Assembly (NCBI GenBank): GCA_034659235.1
Contig: JAYEGV010000103.1
Location: 1 to 31,790, forward strand
Direction: 5' to 3'
Length of the DNA: 31,790 nucleotides
DNA from: Methanobacteriota archaeon
Lineage (GTDB): Archaea; Halobacteriota; Methanosarcinia; Methanosarcinales; Methanogasteraceae
The notes below the pieces were generated by a model, which was given only the letters and a program-made list of their open reading frames with translations, searched no databases and was not told where the DNA came from. Both the position numbers and the translations under genes were made by a program. Below, in pieces: positions 8,162 to 16,516 of this stretch. Every line of letters begins with the position of its first letter. The first letter of the stretch is position 1.

Positions 8162-8165
8162 GCAT
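8094..8165 (-). pseudogene. 3' remnant of the 138-aa hypothetical gene
   Basis: Encodes MQYMINRYDVRYPSFDMHKSNDR*; the last 21 residues are identical to the C-terminus of 9974-10390. Homology breaks upstream of 8161. Confidence 0.75.
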
Positions 8166-8236
8166 GAGATCACTTATGCACCATCAACAACTCGCTGTTG
8201 TGACCAAAACCAGAGGGTTTTGAGTTGCGACCAGTA

Positions 8237-8503
8237 TCACCGTCTGTAAATCTTATCGTGGTGGTCGTAATCCTCGATTATTACCAGTTTATTATATTCA
8301 TCCACAGAAAATACAAGGACATAGCTTTTGTCTACATGCACTCGTTTCAAGTGCTGTAGCGGACTCCTCAGGTTTTTGTAACGATGTGGGTCACGTCTTA
8401 TTTCTTCGATCTTATTGTGGATTCGTTCCAACTGTTCCCGATTCTTTACTGCAAGTTTGAAAAATATCTTTTCCACGGTCTTTCTCATGGCATAGTCATA
8501 CAT
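8237..8503 (-). CDS. RelE/ParE/StbE-family toxin
   Basis: Basic 88-aa protein with YKNLRSPLQHLKRVHVDKSYVLVFSVDE..VIIEDYDHHDKIY, coupled to the upstream antitoxin. Start at ATG 8503. Confidence 0.85.
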   Translation of the reverse strand: MYDYAMRKTVEKIFFKLAVKNREQLERIHNKIEEIRRDPHRYKNLRSPLQHLKRVHVDKSYVLVFSVDEYNKLVIIEDYDHHDKIYRR

Positions 8504-8738
8504 TCTCTTCCAACCCAAAATGTCTTCTGAAATCCGTAACTTGCACCACCGGTTCTTTCTCCCGCGCTCCCATCTTTTCTATGAACTCCGGCTTAAGCTC
8601 AGGCTCCAGAAACTCATTCTCGTACTTTTGTATTATCCACTTGATCGCCTCTGATTTGTTCTTAAATCCAAACTTGGCTTTTATTATGTTCAGCACCCGA
8701 TTCTCATACTCTGTCAGATTTACCATTGTTTGTACCAT
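8496..8738 (-). CDS. DUF2683-family antitoxin
   Basis: MVQTMVNLTEYENRVLNIIKAKFGFKNKSEAI...LEPELKPEFIEKM. SD GGTGA; overlaps the toxin start. Confidence 0.8.
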   Translation of the reverse strand: MVQTMVNLTEYENRVLNIIKAKFGFKNKSEAIKWIIQKYENEFLEPELKPEFIEKMGAREKEPVVQVTDFRRHFGLEENV

Positions 8739-8767
8739 GTTATCACCCATCATGTTTTGTTATATGT

Positions 8768-8784
8768 TGTAACCTCTTGTTACA
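8768..8784. promoter_or_regulatory. Putative TA autoregulatory operator
   Basis: Inverted repeat TGTAAC-N5-GTTACA in the AT-rich promoter region, about 30-45 nt upstream of the antitoxin start. Confidence 0.45.
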
Positions 8785-8788
8785 TAAA

Positions 8789-8931
8789 ACCCGCCCCACG
8801 AGCCAGTAGGCGATCACCATCTCGCTGTTGACGCTGCGAACCACGTTGGCACGAGCCTGTTCAAGGATCGTTGCCACCCGATCGAAGAGTGGAGAGTCTG
8901 GTTTTGTCGGCTGCTGGTTATTATTTGGCAT
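8789..8931 (-). pseudogene. Truncated DUF1016/YhcG N-terminal fragment
   Basis: LFDRVATILEQARANVVRSVNSEMVIAYWLVGR matches the YhcG N-terminus. Similarity stops after WLVGR, where the TA promoter begins. Confidence 0.8.
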
Positions 8932-9045
8932 CAGGCGCCTCCGCGATATCAAGTGCTTCTTCTGTATCCTGTGACTTGGCGAATTCTTCCAGTGCCTCGT
9001 CTGCCTGTGCCGCCGCGACCAAGTCTCGGCTTGGACGCGCTGTCA
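8921..9045 (-). pseudogene. 3' remnant of an unidentified gene
   Basis: GC-richer acidic stretch RPSRDLVAAAQADEALEEFAKSQDTEEALDIAEAPDAK* whose stop overlaps the DUF1016 ATG. No plausible start. Confidence 0.35.
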
Positions 9046-9092
9046 AGTATAGCTCGGAATTGTGGATTTTAAAGTGAGCCGTATATGCGGAG

Positions 9093-9545
9093 TCAAGTGA
9101 AGGCGCTCTTAAACCATTCAGTAATGACACCTTCTGAAGCGCTATATCCCCCGTCACGATAAATTGCACCGATCAATGCTTCGAGTGTTTCTGCAAGAAC
9201 GTATGGCTCTTCGTCCGCTTTCTGTTTTCTCTCTCCAACACCCAACTTGATAAACGGTCTGATTCCAAGAGTTTGACCGATCTTTGCAAGCGGGTTTTTA
9301 CTTTCGAGTCCTTCCTTCCTGCGTGTTATCTCATCTCTTGTTTTGCAGCCTGATTTTATTAATAGATCAACCAACACTGCTTTCAATATCGCATCGCCAA
9401 GGGTTCTAAATACTTCTTGATCTTCGCAGTCTTGATTTTGTTGTTTTTGTTCGAGTGCGTAGGCTTTACGTGTCAAAGCGCGATTCAGGAGATCTTTGTC
9501 AGCGAACGAATAACCAACTTTTTTCTCGAGTGTCGTAGTGTCCAT
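9093..9545 (-). CDS. Stand-alone RNase III nuclease-domain protein (no dsRBD)
   Basis: LEKKVGYSF, LLNRALT, QEVFRTLGDAIL, AETLEALIGAIYRDGG. SD GGAGG. Confidence 0.85.
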   Translation of the reverse strand: MDTTTLEKKVGYSFADKDLLNRALTRKAYALEQKQQNQDCEDQEVFRTLGDAILKAVLVDLLIKSGCKTRDEITRRKEGLESKNPLAKIGQTLGIRPFIKLGVGERKQKADEEPYVLAETLEALIGAIYRDGGYSASEGVITEWFKSAFT

Positions 9546-9639
9546 ACTATTTTACCCTCCTAACATCATCATTATCCACATAGTATATATCTCTGTCGTC
9601 TTTGCTCACACTTAACCAATAGAACAGCAAACAAAACGC

Positions 9640-9682
9640 AAAAAAAAGAAAACAAATATGGACGCATCCATCGCGCCCATAT
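9640..9682 (-). terminator. Hairpin plus U-tract terminator (copy 2), probably ending the fpo transcript
   Basis: 10-bp stem ATATGGGCGC/GCGTCCATAT with a 7-nt loop, then TTGTTTTCTTTTTTTT. Confidence 0.6.
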
Positions 9683-10041
9683 CCTTAACGCACAGCTTCA
9701 GTACTGCGTCAGATTATACTTCGTCTTCATCCGCACGTACGAGTCCCAGTCCGTAATTCCAAGTAACTGAGTCATCTCTTCCATCAGCGGTGCCCAAGTG
9801 TCGTCCCATTCCTCTGCCATGTTCCGCAGCCGCCCGAGATCGTCATCCCAGACCATCGTCTCACGGTTGTCCTGCAGGCAGATGAAGAGCTTTGCTGCGC
9901 CGTTTTCGGTCTTGTCGTGCTCGAAATGTTCGATGCAGTGCTTTGTATCCCAGCCTCGTGTTACCATCTTCGATCACCTGTCATTGCTCTTATGCATATC
10001 AAAGCTCGGGTACCTGACATCGTACCGGTTGATCATGTACT
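9656..10041. repeat. Direct repeat copy 2
   Basis: Collinear with 7771-8161. Confidence 0.9.
9698..9967 (-). CDS. Hypothetical 89-aa protein (copy 2)
   Basis: Paralog of 7812-8081. SD AGGTGA. Confidence 0.75.
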   Translation of the reverse strand: MVTRGWDTKHCIEHFEHDKTENGAAKLFICLQDNRETMVWDDDLGRLRNMAEEWDDTWAPLMEEMTQLLGITDWDSYVRMKTKYNLTQY

Positions 10042-10390
10042 CAACCCGGAAGATGATCGCCTCTACAGCACCTTCTGGAGTTCCGCTGTCGATTCTGCCT
10101 CGCTTGAAGACCTCAGGATACCTCTGTTCGAGCTCCCAGATCCGATCCTTGAACTCTTTCATGCTGGTTCTGCCTTCCATCGTCGAGATGAAGAGATCGT
10201 TAGTTTTTAGCGTGCAGTCCGCCATCTCGATGTCTTCTTCTGCTGTCGCGATATCCTTTAACCGGGATGCCCATTTCGAGCTTCGTCCGATCGTGTTTGC
10301 AACCAGATCCATGTCGCCATAGACCGTCTCGAACTGAATTCTCGTGTGGCATGCATCAATCATCTTTCTGTATAGTGCTTCTGTTAGCAT
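9974..10390 (-). CDS. Hypothetical 138-aa protein directly downstream of fpoN (not FpoO-like)
   Basis: ATG 3 nt after the fpoN stop. Only two isolated Cys and no CxxC pairs, unlike FpoO. Confidence 0.75.
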   Translation of the reverse strand: MLTEALYRKMIDACHTRIQFETVYGDMDLVANTIGRSSKWASRLKDIATAEEDIEMADCTLKTNDLFISTMEGRTSMKEFKDRIWELEQRYPEVFKRGRIDSGTPEGAVEAIIFRVEYMINRYDVRYPSFDMHKSNDR

Positions 10391-10393
10391 TGT

Positions 10394-11878
10394 TCACACC
10401 CCCATAACTGCGTGTGCTGCTGCTTCTGCCCAGTAGTACACCATGTCTGGCATGGCGAAGAGTGCGATCAGGGCAATAACAGCGATCGCCATTGCAAAGA
10501 GATATGTTGGCGGCTCAATGAATGCATCGCCCCTGGGCTCGCCCCAGTACATCCGCATCACGACCTTGGCATAATAATACACCGAGAGCGCTGAGTTCAA
10601 GACACAGATTATGGCAAGCCAGAGCAGCCCTGCCTCGATTGCTGAGAGGAAGAGCACGAACTTGCTTGTAAATCCGAATAGCGGTGGGATGCCTGCAAGC
10701 GAACATAAGAGGAGTGCCATCAGGAGTGCGGTCAGTGGAGCCCGTTTTCCAAGACCATCATAGTTGTCTATGTGGTTCGGATCATCGACCTTGCCCTTCG
10801 AGAGAATCATGTATCCGATCGCTCCAACAGCAATGAAAGCGCCAGCCTTTCCGATCGCATGTGAGAGTGCGTGCATGAACCCGCCTGTCAGCGCAAGATT
10901 CACTGCTTCTGAAGGGGAGTATGGGTATGCAACGACCGCAAAGACGATCGCGAGATATCCCGCATGTGCGATCGATGAGTATGCAAGCATACGCTTAACG
11001 CTCTTCTGCACCACTGCGAGCACGTTTCCAACGGTCATCGTTGCTACTGCGAGGATTACGAATCCGATGTACCAGTCAATTTTCATCGCAATGAGACCGA
11101 CTATAAACACCCTGAATGCCGCAGCAAATCCCATCTTCTTTGATCCTGCCGCAAGAAGCGCTGACACGATCGACGGTGCTCCTTCATAGGTGTCCGGTGC
11201 CCATTGATGGAACGGCACGAATGCCATCTTGAACCCGAACCCTGCAATAAGCATAACCATCGCAAGCAGTATCGCCGGTGATGTTACAAGGCTTCCGTTC
11301 GCTGCAAATGCAGCAGCTATCAGATCGAGGTTCGTCGAACCTGTGAGTCCGTAGATGTAGGACATACCAAAGACCATGAGCGATGACGATAGTCCACCGA
11401 TCAGGAAGTACTTGAGCGCAGCCTCAATCGACTTCGGATCACGCTTGTTAAAGCCAGCCATCGTGTACGTCGCGATACTTGCAAGCTCGAATCCGATGAA
11501 GAGTGCCACAAGGTCCTTTGACATAGCGACAACCATCATACCGATGATTGCAAGCAGCATCAGTGAATAGAACTCATCCTGATGCGGATGATCACCGTAA
11601 GCTTTCAGCGCTGCGATACATACGAGGACTCCTACGACAAGGAACATCAGATTGAATATCTGCGAGAACGGATCGACCACAATCGCACCATAAAATGGCG
11701 CGTCATTGAACGTGGCAGGTAGATTCCAGTCCTTGATTACCAGACCGAGCGATACGAGCAGTCCGACAAGGGTTATATACCCTAAAATCTTCTTCTGCTC
11801 GATAAAGAGTCCTGCGAGTATCACCAGTACAGCGACACCGATCAGGACTCCTTCGGGTAGTAATGCAGCGTAGTTCAT
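10394..11878 (-). CDS. fpoN: Fpo/complex I-like subunit N
   Basis: Antiporter-like: GFELAS, EAALKYFLIG, GFKMAFVPFHQWAPDTYEGAP, KRMLAYSSIAHAGY. Confidence 0.92.
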   Translation of the reverse strand: MNYAALLPEGVLIGVAVLVILAGLFIEQKKILGYITLVGLLVSLGLVIKDWNLPATFNDAPFYGAIVVDPFSQIFNLMFLVVGVLVCIAALKAYGDHPHQDEFYSLMLLAIIGMMVVAMSKDLVALFIGFELASIATYTMAGFNKRDPKSIEAALKYFLIGGLSSSLMVFGMSYIYGLTGSTNLDLIAAAFAANGSLVTSPAILLAMVMLIAGFGFKMAFVPFHQWAPDTYEGAPSIVSALLAAGSKKMGFAAAFRVFIVGLIAMKIDWYIGFVILAVATMTVGNVLAVVQKSVKRMLAYSSIAHAGYLAIVFAVVAYPYSPSEAVNLALTGGFMHALSHAIGKAGAFIAVGAIGYMILSKGKVDDPNHIDNYDGLGKRAPLTALLMALLLCSLAGIPPLFGFTSKFVLFLSAIEAGLLWLAIICVLNSALSVYYYAKVVMRMYWGEPRGDAFIEPPTYLFAMAIAVIALIALFAMPDMVYYWAEAAAHAVMGV

Positions 11879-13431
11879 GGAATCCCTCCTATGGGAAGAA
11901 TGCCACCTATCGGCAGGATGTCACCGCTTGTCAGGAAGTAATTCGCAGTGGTTTGCATCATGTCCATGATCGGCTGTGGATATATGCCGAGTATCACAAA
12001 GATGACCACCCAGATTGCAAGCGGCGTAAACTCGAACCACTTGATCTCCTTAACGTCACCGAGGTACTCGTTGTACGGACCCCATAATGTCCGCTGCACA
12101 GCCCAGAGATGGTATCCTGCTGTAAACGGAATACTGATCGCTGCAAGAATCACGAATGTCTGCATTGTGTGATAACTTCCTGAAAGTATGCTGAACTCTG
12201 CGATGAATCCACTGCATAATGGTAGTCCGAGCGATGCAAAGAACCCTGCAACCATGATGATTGCTAACTTCGGCATCTTCTTTGTGAGTCCGCCGAGGTC
12301 ATCAATGATCCTTGTGTGGGTATGGTGCTCGATTACACCGCAGCAGCCGAAGAGGACGCATGTGATGATTCCGTGTGAGAACATCTGGAACATCGCACCT
12401 GTATGTGCCAGCACTCTGGCTGGCTCCATTCCCGCAAGAACGCTTGCAGCAACGCCGAGCGATATGAATCCCATGTGCCCGATACTCGAGAATGCCACGA
12501 GTTTCTTCAGGTCCTTCTGTGCGAGCGCTGCAAACGGGCTGTACAGGATGCTGACCAGTCCGAAGAGCCCGATCAGATAGACGAAGTATATGGATGCATT
12601 CGAGAACATCGGCAGCAGTACCCGGAATAGTCCGTAGCCGCCCATCTTCAGAAGGACACCGGCAAGGATGATACTTCCGATCGTTGGCGCCTCGACGTGT
12701 GCGTCAGGAAGCCATGTGTGGAATGGAACAGACGGCATCTTCACCATGAATCCGAACATGATTGTCAGGAAGATGAAGTTGAGCCAGTACTGATTGGCAG
12801 TAGTAAGAACACCGTTTCTGTATGCGTCTGTCAGCGTCGGAATGTCAAACGTGTAGATTCCTGTGGAAGTTCCATGGAAATAATACAGCGCAAAGATTCC
12901 AAGCATCATCAGAACGCTTGCGATGTGTGTATAAATCAGGAACTTGATTGCTGAGTAGTCCTTTCTAGGTCCGCCCCATATCCCAATCAGGAAGAACATC
13001 GGAAGAAGTGTTAACTCCCAGAATACGTAGAACATGAAGAAGTCCAGAGACACGAATACACCGATCAGTGTCAGATCCATTAAGAGGAGGAGTGCAAAGA
13101 ACTGGTTCGGTCTCTTGCTCTCGGTCCATGAGTATATCGCACAGAGAGCGCAGACGATCGTTGCCAGAATAACCATCGGAAGACTGATGCCGTCCACACC
13201 GACGTGGTAGCCGATGCCGATTGATGGCATCCATGTTCCTGACTCCTCGAACGCATAATGCGTTACCGTATCATAGCTCGCATCGTAAGCGATGTACATC
13301 CATATTGAGAGTGCCAGTGCAGTGAATGACGATACGAGTGCAACGCCTCGTGCCTGTGCTGTGGTGTTCGTGAGAAGCGAGAGAATCGCTCCTATGAGAA
13401 GCACCAGCAGGATTATTGTTATCGGTCCCAT
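11875..13431 (-). CDS. fpoM: Fpo/complex I-like subunit M
   Basis: GVDGIS, FYVFWELTLLP, VKMPSVPFHTWLPDAHVEAP, LLKMGGYG, DLKKLVAFSS. ATG 13431 follows GGAGGTG. Confidence 0.92.
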   Translation of the reverse strand: MGPITIILLVLLIGAILSLLTNTTAQARGVALVSSFTALALSIWMYIAYDASYDTVTHYAFEESGTWMPSIGIGYHVGVDGISLPMVILATIVCALCAIYSWTESKRPNQFFALLLLMDLTLIGVFVSLDFFMFYVFWELTLLPMFFLIGIWGGPRKDYSAIKFLIYTHIASVLMMLGIFALYYFHGTSTGIYTFDIPTLTDAYRNGVLTTANQYWLNFIFLTIMFGFMVKMPSVPFHTWLPDAHVEAPTIGSIILAGVLLKMGGYGLFRVLLPMFSNASIYFVYLIGLFGLVSILYSPFAALAQKDLKKLVAFSSIGHMGFISLGVAASVLAGMEPARVLAHTGAMFQMFSHGIITCVLFGCCGVIEHHTHTRIIDDLGGLTKKMPKLAIIMVAGFFASLGLPLCSGFIAEFSILSGSYHTMQTFVILAAISIPFTAGYHLWAVQRTLWGPYNEYLGDVKEIKWFEFTPLAIWVVIFVILGIYPQPIMDMMQTTANYFLTSGDILPIGGILPIGGIP

Positions 13432-13432
13432 A

Positions 13433-15487
13433 TCATGCACCTCCCATTCTAAACAGTTTAACCAGTATCAGCAATAGACTCACCCCGAATATCACCATGG
13501 TGGCGTAGTTCTGCACAACACCGGTCTGAATCTTCCGGCTGACCTCTCCTGACTTGATCGTAATCCAGCTCAAGAGATTGACCACGCCATCGATTACGTA
13601 TCTGTCGAGCACATCCCAGAACGTGAAGACCGTCATTATGATCTTCTCTGCAAGGATGTCTTTAAACAGGTAATCGAGGTAGTACTTGTTCCAGAGAATC
13701 TGGTAGAGCGGGTTGTCCTTCTTCACATACTTGCTCACATCGACCCGGTTCTTGTAGTAGACCGCTGTTGCGATCGCGAGTCCTGCGATCATTAAGAGTA
13801 GCGGCAGGTAGATCACCGCAGCAGGTATGTGATGGTGCACACCGTGTTCCAGCAGATGGTTGTGACCCAGAAGTGCGACCTCATGGAGATCGAGTCCTGG
13901 GTACACGCCAGTTGCTGTGTGCGTTTCCGTAACGAACGTCTCTTCAAGGAAGAGCCAGAATTTCTTGCCGCCTCCTGTTATTATTCCCAGGAATATTGCA
14001 AAGAACGAGAGCACGATAAGTGTCGTCTTCATCCAGAAGCCGCATTCATGCGGATGCACCGCAGGATGGCTTCTCGGTTCACCTGTCATTGCAAGGTACC
14101 ATGCCCGAAACGTGTAGGTTGCTGTGAGAATCACACCGAGCACAAGGAATATCCATGGCAGGTATCCGAGTTCTCCTGGATGATGCACCGTTGCATAGAG
14201 ATACGCCTCCTCAATGATCTTGTCCTTGCTGTAGTAGCCAGCAGTGAACGGGAATGCGACCAGTGCAAGTGCACCGGCAAACATCGCCCAACCAGTCCAC
14301 GGCATTCCCTTCAAGAGTCCTCCCATCTCTTTTATGTCTCGTATGTTATTGATCCCGTGCAAAACAGAACCGGACGAGAGAAAGAGGAGGGCTTTAAAGA
14401 ATGCGTGGGCGATAAGGTGGAAGAGTGCATAAGCAACGGAAGCTACTCCGAGCACTGCGCCGCAGCCGAGTATCGCAATCATGTAGCCGAGCTGGCTGAT
14501 TGTAGAGTATGCGAATATCCGCTTCAGGTCATTTACAACGAGTCCGAGCGTCGATGCATAGAGTGCTGTGAACGCTCCAAGGAACGCAACCACTGCCAGT
14601 GCGTGTGGCGCTGCAAGGAATATCGGAAACGCCCGTGCAATCAGATAGACACCAGCAGTAACCATCGTTGCAGCGTGAATGAGTGCGGACACAGTCGTCG
14701 GACCTTCCATCGCATCAGGAATCCAGACGTGAAGCGGGAAACCCGCGCTCTTTCCGAGCACACCGCACATGAAGAGCACGCAGATGATTGTTAGCGCACT
14801 CATGCCAAAGAGCGTCTCGTGGCTCAGGTGTTCAAGGTTCTGGAAGATGTTGTTGAACGAGATTATCTCTGTTGTTATCCCCTGTTTCACCATGATCGTG
14901 AACATCATAGCAATTCCTAAGAGGAAGAGACAGTCTCCGACCGAACATGCCATCCATGCCTTCTTGCCAGCTGCGGCAGCCTCTGGTCTGTGCCACCAGA
15001 ATCCGATCAACAGATACGAACAGACACCGACCATCTCCCAGAAGATGAAGAGCTGGAGCAGGTTGTTTGCAAGCACCAGACCGAACATACTGCCAGTAAA
15101 GAGCGCAGTCTCAGCAAAGTAAACGTTCTTTGCGCAGTCATGCGCCATGTATCCGATCGCATAGAAGTGGATAAAGAACGAGACGAACGATACCATGCAG
15201 ACCATTGCAAGCGATAGCGGGTCTACTACGAATCCCGCAACGATTCCCGGATAGAACCATTCCCATGAGTACTCCCAGAATCCGAGATGCTGGACGTACA
15301 CATTGTACAGACAGCCAAACGAGATGATCATCGAACCAAAGATCGATAGGGTCGCAAACATCCCGCCCTTGCGCCACCAGTACTTACCGATCAAGAGCTC
15401 GAGAAGGAATCCGATCATCGGCAGTAAGACGATCCAGTGTGCATACGGTCTGAAATCCATCGTAGCCAACATTAAATCTGCCATCAT
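13433..15487 (-). CDS. fpoL: Fpo/complex I-like subunit L
   Basis: LFIFWEMVGVCSYLLIGFW, GKSAGFPLHVWIPDAMEGPTTVSALIHAATMV, AYSTISQLG, HAFFKALLF. TAATG overlap with fpoK. Confidence 0.92.
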   Translation of the reverse strand: MMADLMLATMDFRPYAHWIVLLPMIGFLLELLIGKYWWRKGGMFATLSIFGSMIISFGCLYNVYVQHLGFWEYSWEWFYPGIVAGFVVDPLSLAMVCMVSFVSFFIHFYAIGYMAHDCAKNVYFAETALFTGSMFGLVLANNLLQLFIFWEMVGVCSYLLIGFWWHRPEAAAAGKKAWMACSVGDCLFLLGIAMMFTIMVKQGITTEIISFNNIFQNLEHLSHETLFGMSALTIICVLFMCGVLGKSAGFPLHVWIPDAMEGPTTVSALIHAATMVTAGVYLIARAFPIFLAAPHALAVVAFLGAFTALYASTLGLVVNDLKRIFAYSTISQLGYMIAILGCGAVLGVASVAYALFHLIAHAFFKALLFLSSGSVLHGINNIRDIKEMGGLLKGMPWTGWAMFAGALALVAFPFTAGYYSKDKIIEEAYLYATVHHPGELGYLPWIFLVLGVILTATYTFRAWYLAMTGEPRSHPAVHPHECGFWMKTTLIVLSFFAIFLGIITGGGKKFWLFLEETFVTETHTATGVYPGLDLHEVALLGHNHLLEHGVHHHIPAAVIYLPLLLMIAGLAIATAVYYKNRVDVSKYVKKDNPLYQILWNKYYLDYLFKDILAEKIIMTVFTFWDVLDRYVIDGVVNLLSWITIKSGEVSRKIQTGVVQNYATMVIFGVSLLLILVKLFRMGGA

Positions 15488-15789
15488 TACCACCTCAGAA
15501 GATTAACATTCTCGATGTCGATCTCTGCACGGAGCCGGTAGACCATCAGGATGATCGCAAAACCAACCGCAGCTTCAGCTGCTGCAAGTGCGATTGAGAA
15601 GAGCGCAAAGACCTGACCCGATGCATCATTGATGTGTGTCGAGAATGCGACCAGGTTCATGTTCGCGGAGTTTAACATCAGTTCAACGCACATCAATAGC
15701 CTGATACCGTTACTGAGCGTCATGATACCGTAAGCACCGATCGTAAACAGCACTCCTGCGAGCAGCAGATACCATTCTAAGGGAATCAT
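15487..15789 (-). CDS. fpoK: Fpo/complex I-like subunit K
   Basis: [29 protein letters not shown]. Confidence 0.92.
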   Translation of the reverse strand: MIPLEWYLLLAGVLFTIGAYGIMTLSNGIRLLMCVELMLNSANMNLVAFSTHINDASGQVFALFSIALAAAEAAVGFAIILMVYRLRAEIDIENVNLLRW

Positions 15790-16037
15790 GTTGAAGCCTC
15801 CGTTTCCTTCTTTGCGAGGTATATTCCACCGATCAGCGCTGCGAGAAGCACCAGTGCGAGCACCTCGAATGCTACAACATACGTGGTGAAGATCAGTTCA
15901 CCGATGTGAATGATTCCTGAGGAGTCGCCCTCGACGAATGTCAATTCCTCGGTAACCCAGGTAGTCCCGGTGACCGACATCATGACAACCGCCAGAAACA
16001 ACAGCGATACGACTGCATTTAGTATCTTACTGATCAT
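15786..16037 (-). CDS. fpoJ2: Fpo subunit J, C-terminal half (J2)
   Basis: [31 protein letters not shown] matches the NuoJ C-terminus. Split J is typical of Methanosarcinales fpo. Confidence 0.85.
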   Translation of the reverse strand: MISKILNAVVSLLFLAVVMMSVTGTTWVTEELTFVEGDSSGIIHIGELIFTTYVVAFEVLALVLLAALIGGIYLAKKETEAST

Positions 16038-16094
16038 TCAGACCGCCTCCGTACAGTCCAACTGGAGCGCAGCGGAACGTTGGACATTTTTACT

Positions 16095-16132
16095 CGATTT
16101 TTTTGGAAAAAAATCGTTGGAAAAAAATCGTT
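16095..16132. repeat. Palindrome plus 14-bp tandem duplication in the fpoJ1-J2 spacer
   Basis: CGA-T7-GG-A7-TCG (16095-16116). GGAAAAAAATCGTT occurs twice (16105-16118, 16119-16132). Confidence 0.75.
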
Positions 16133-16148
16133 ACTAATCATGATTGAT

Positions 16149-16412
16149 TCATCCTCCAACCTCTCGTGTCGTCAGCATCACTGCGAAGAGTATCAGTATA
16201 CCGATAGCTCCGATATATACGAATATCTGGACGATTCCTACGAATGCTGCACGGGTTAGAATATATATTCCAGCCACTACAGCAAACGATCCTAAGAGGT
16301 ACAGTGCGCTGTGCACGATCTCCTTTGATGCGATCACCATCACTGCTGTAAATATCAGTACAACGGCAAGCACAGCAAACACAATCATTTCAAAACTCTC
16401 TCCAAGTATCAT
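16149..16412 (-). CDS. fpoJ1: Fpo subunit J, N-terminal half (J1)
   Basis: IVHSALYL, AAFVGIVQIFVYIGAIGILILFAVML. Confidence 0.88.
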   Translation of the reverse strand: MILGESFEMIVFAVLAVVLIFTAVMVIASKEIVHSALYLLGSFAVVAGIYILTRAAFVGIVQIFVYIGAIGILILFAVMLTTREVGG

Positions 16413-16423
16413 TTATATCACCT

Positions 16424-16513
16424 TCATATCATCGAGAGGATCAGTAGCAGGATTACGAGTCCGAATCCAATGATCTCTACTATGCGGTCCAGTATCTTCA
16501 TCTTGGATTCCAT
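16424..16513 (-). CDS. Unannotated 29-aa single-TM microprotein (MESKMKILDRIVEIIGFGLVILLLILSMI)
   Basis: ATG 3 nt after the fpoI stop, preceded by GAGGAGG. Its TGA abuts the AGGTGA SD of fpoJ1. About 17 hydrophobic C-terminal residues. Confidence 0.65.
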   Translation of the reverse strand: MESKMKILDRIVEIIGFGLVILLLILSMI

Positions 16514-16516
16514 TTT

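Noticed and set aside
8162-8236. GTTG(T/C)GACCA direct repeat (8197-8206, 8224-8233) and CAAAACC/GGTTTTG hairpin as a possible IS end
   Set aside because: Only one end, no partner TIR or TSD found and no transposase. It may be the breakpoint scar of the truncated 138-aa copy, but this is unsupported.
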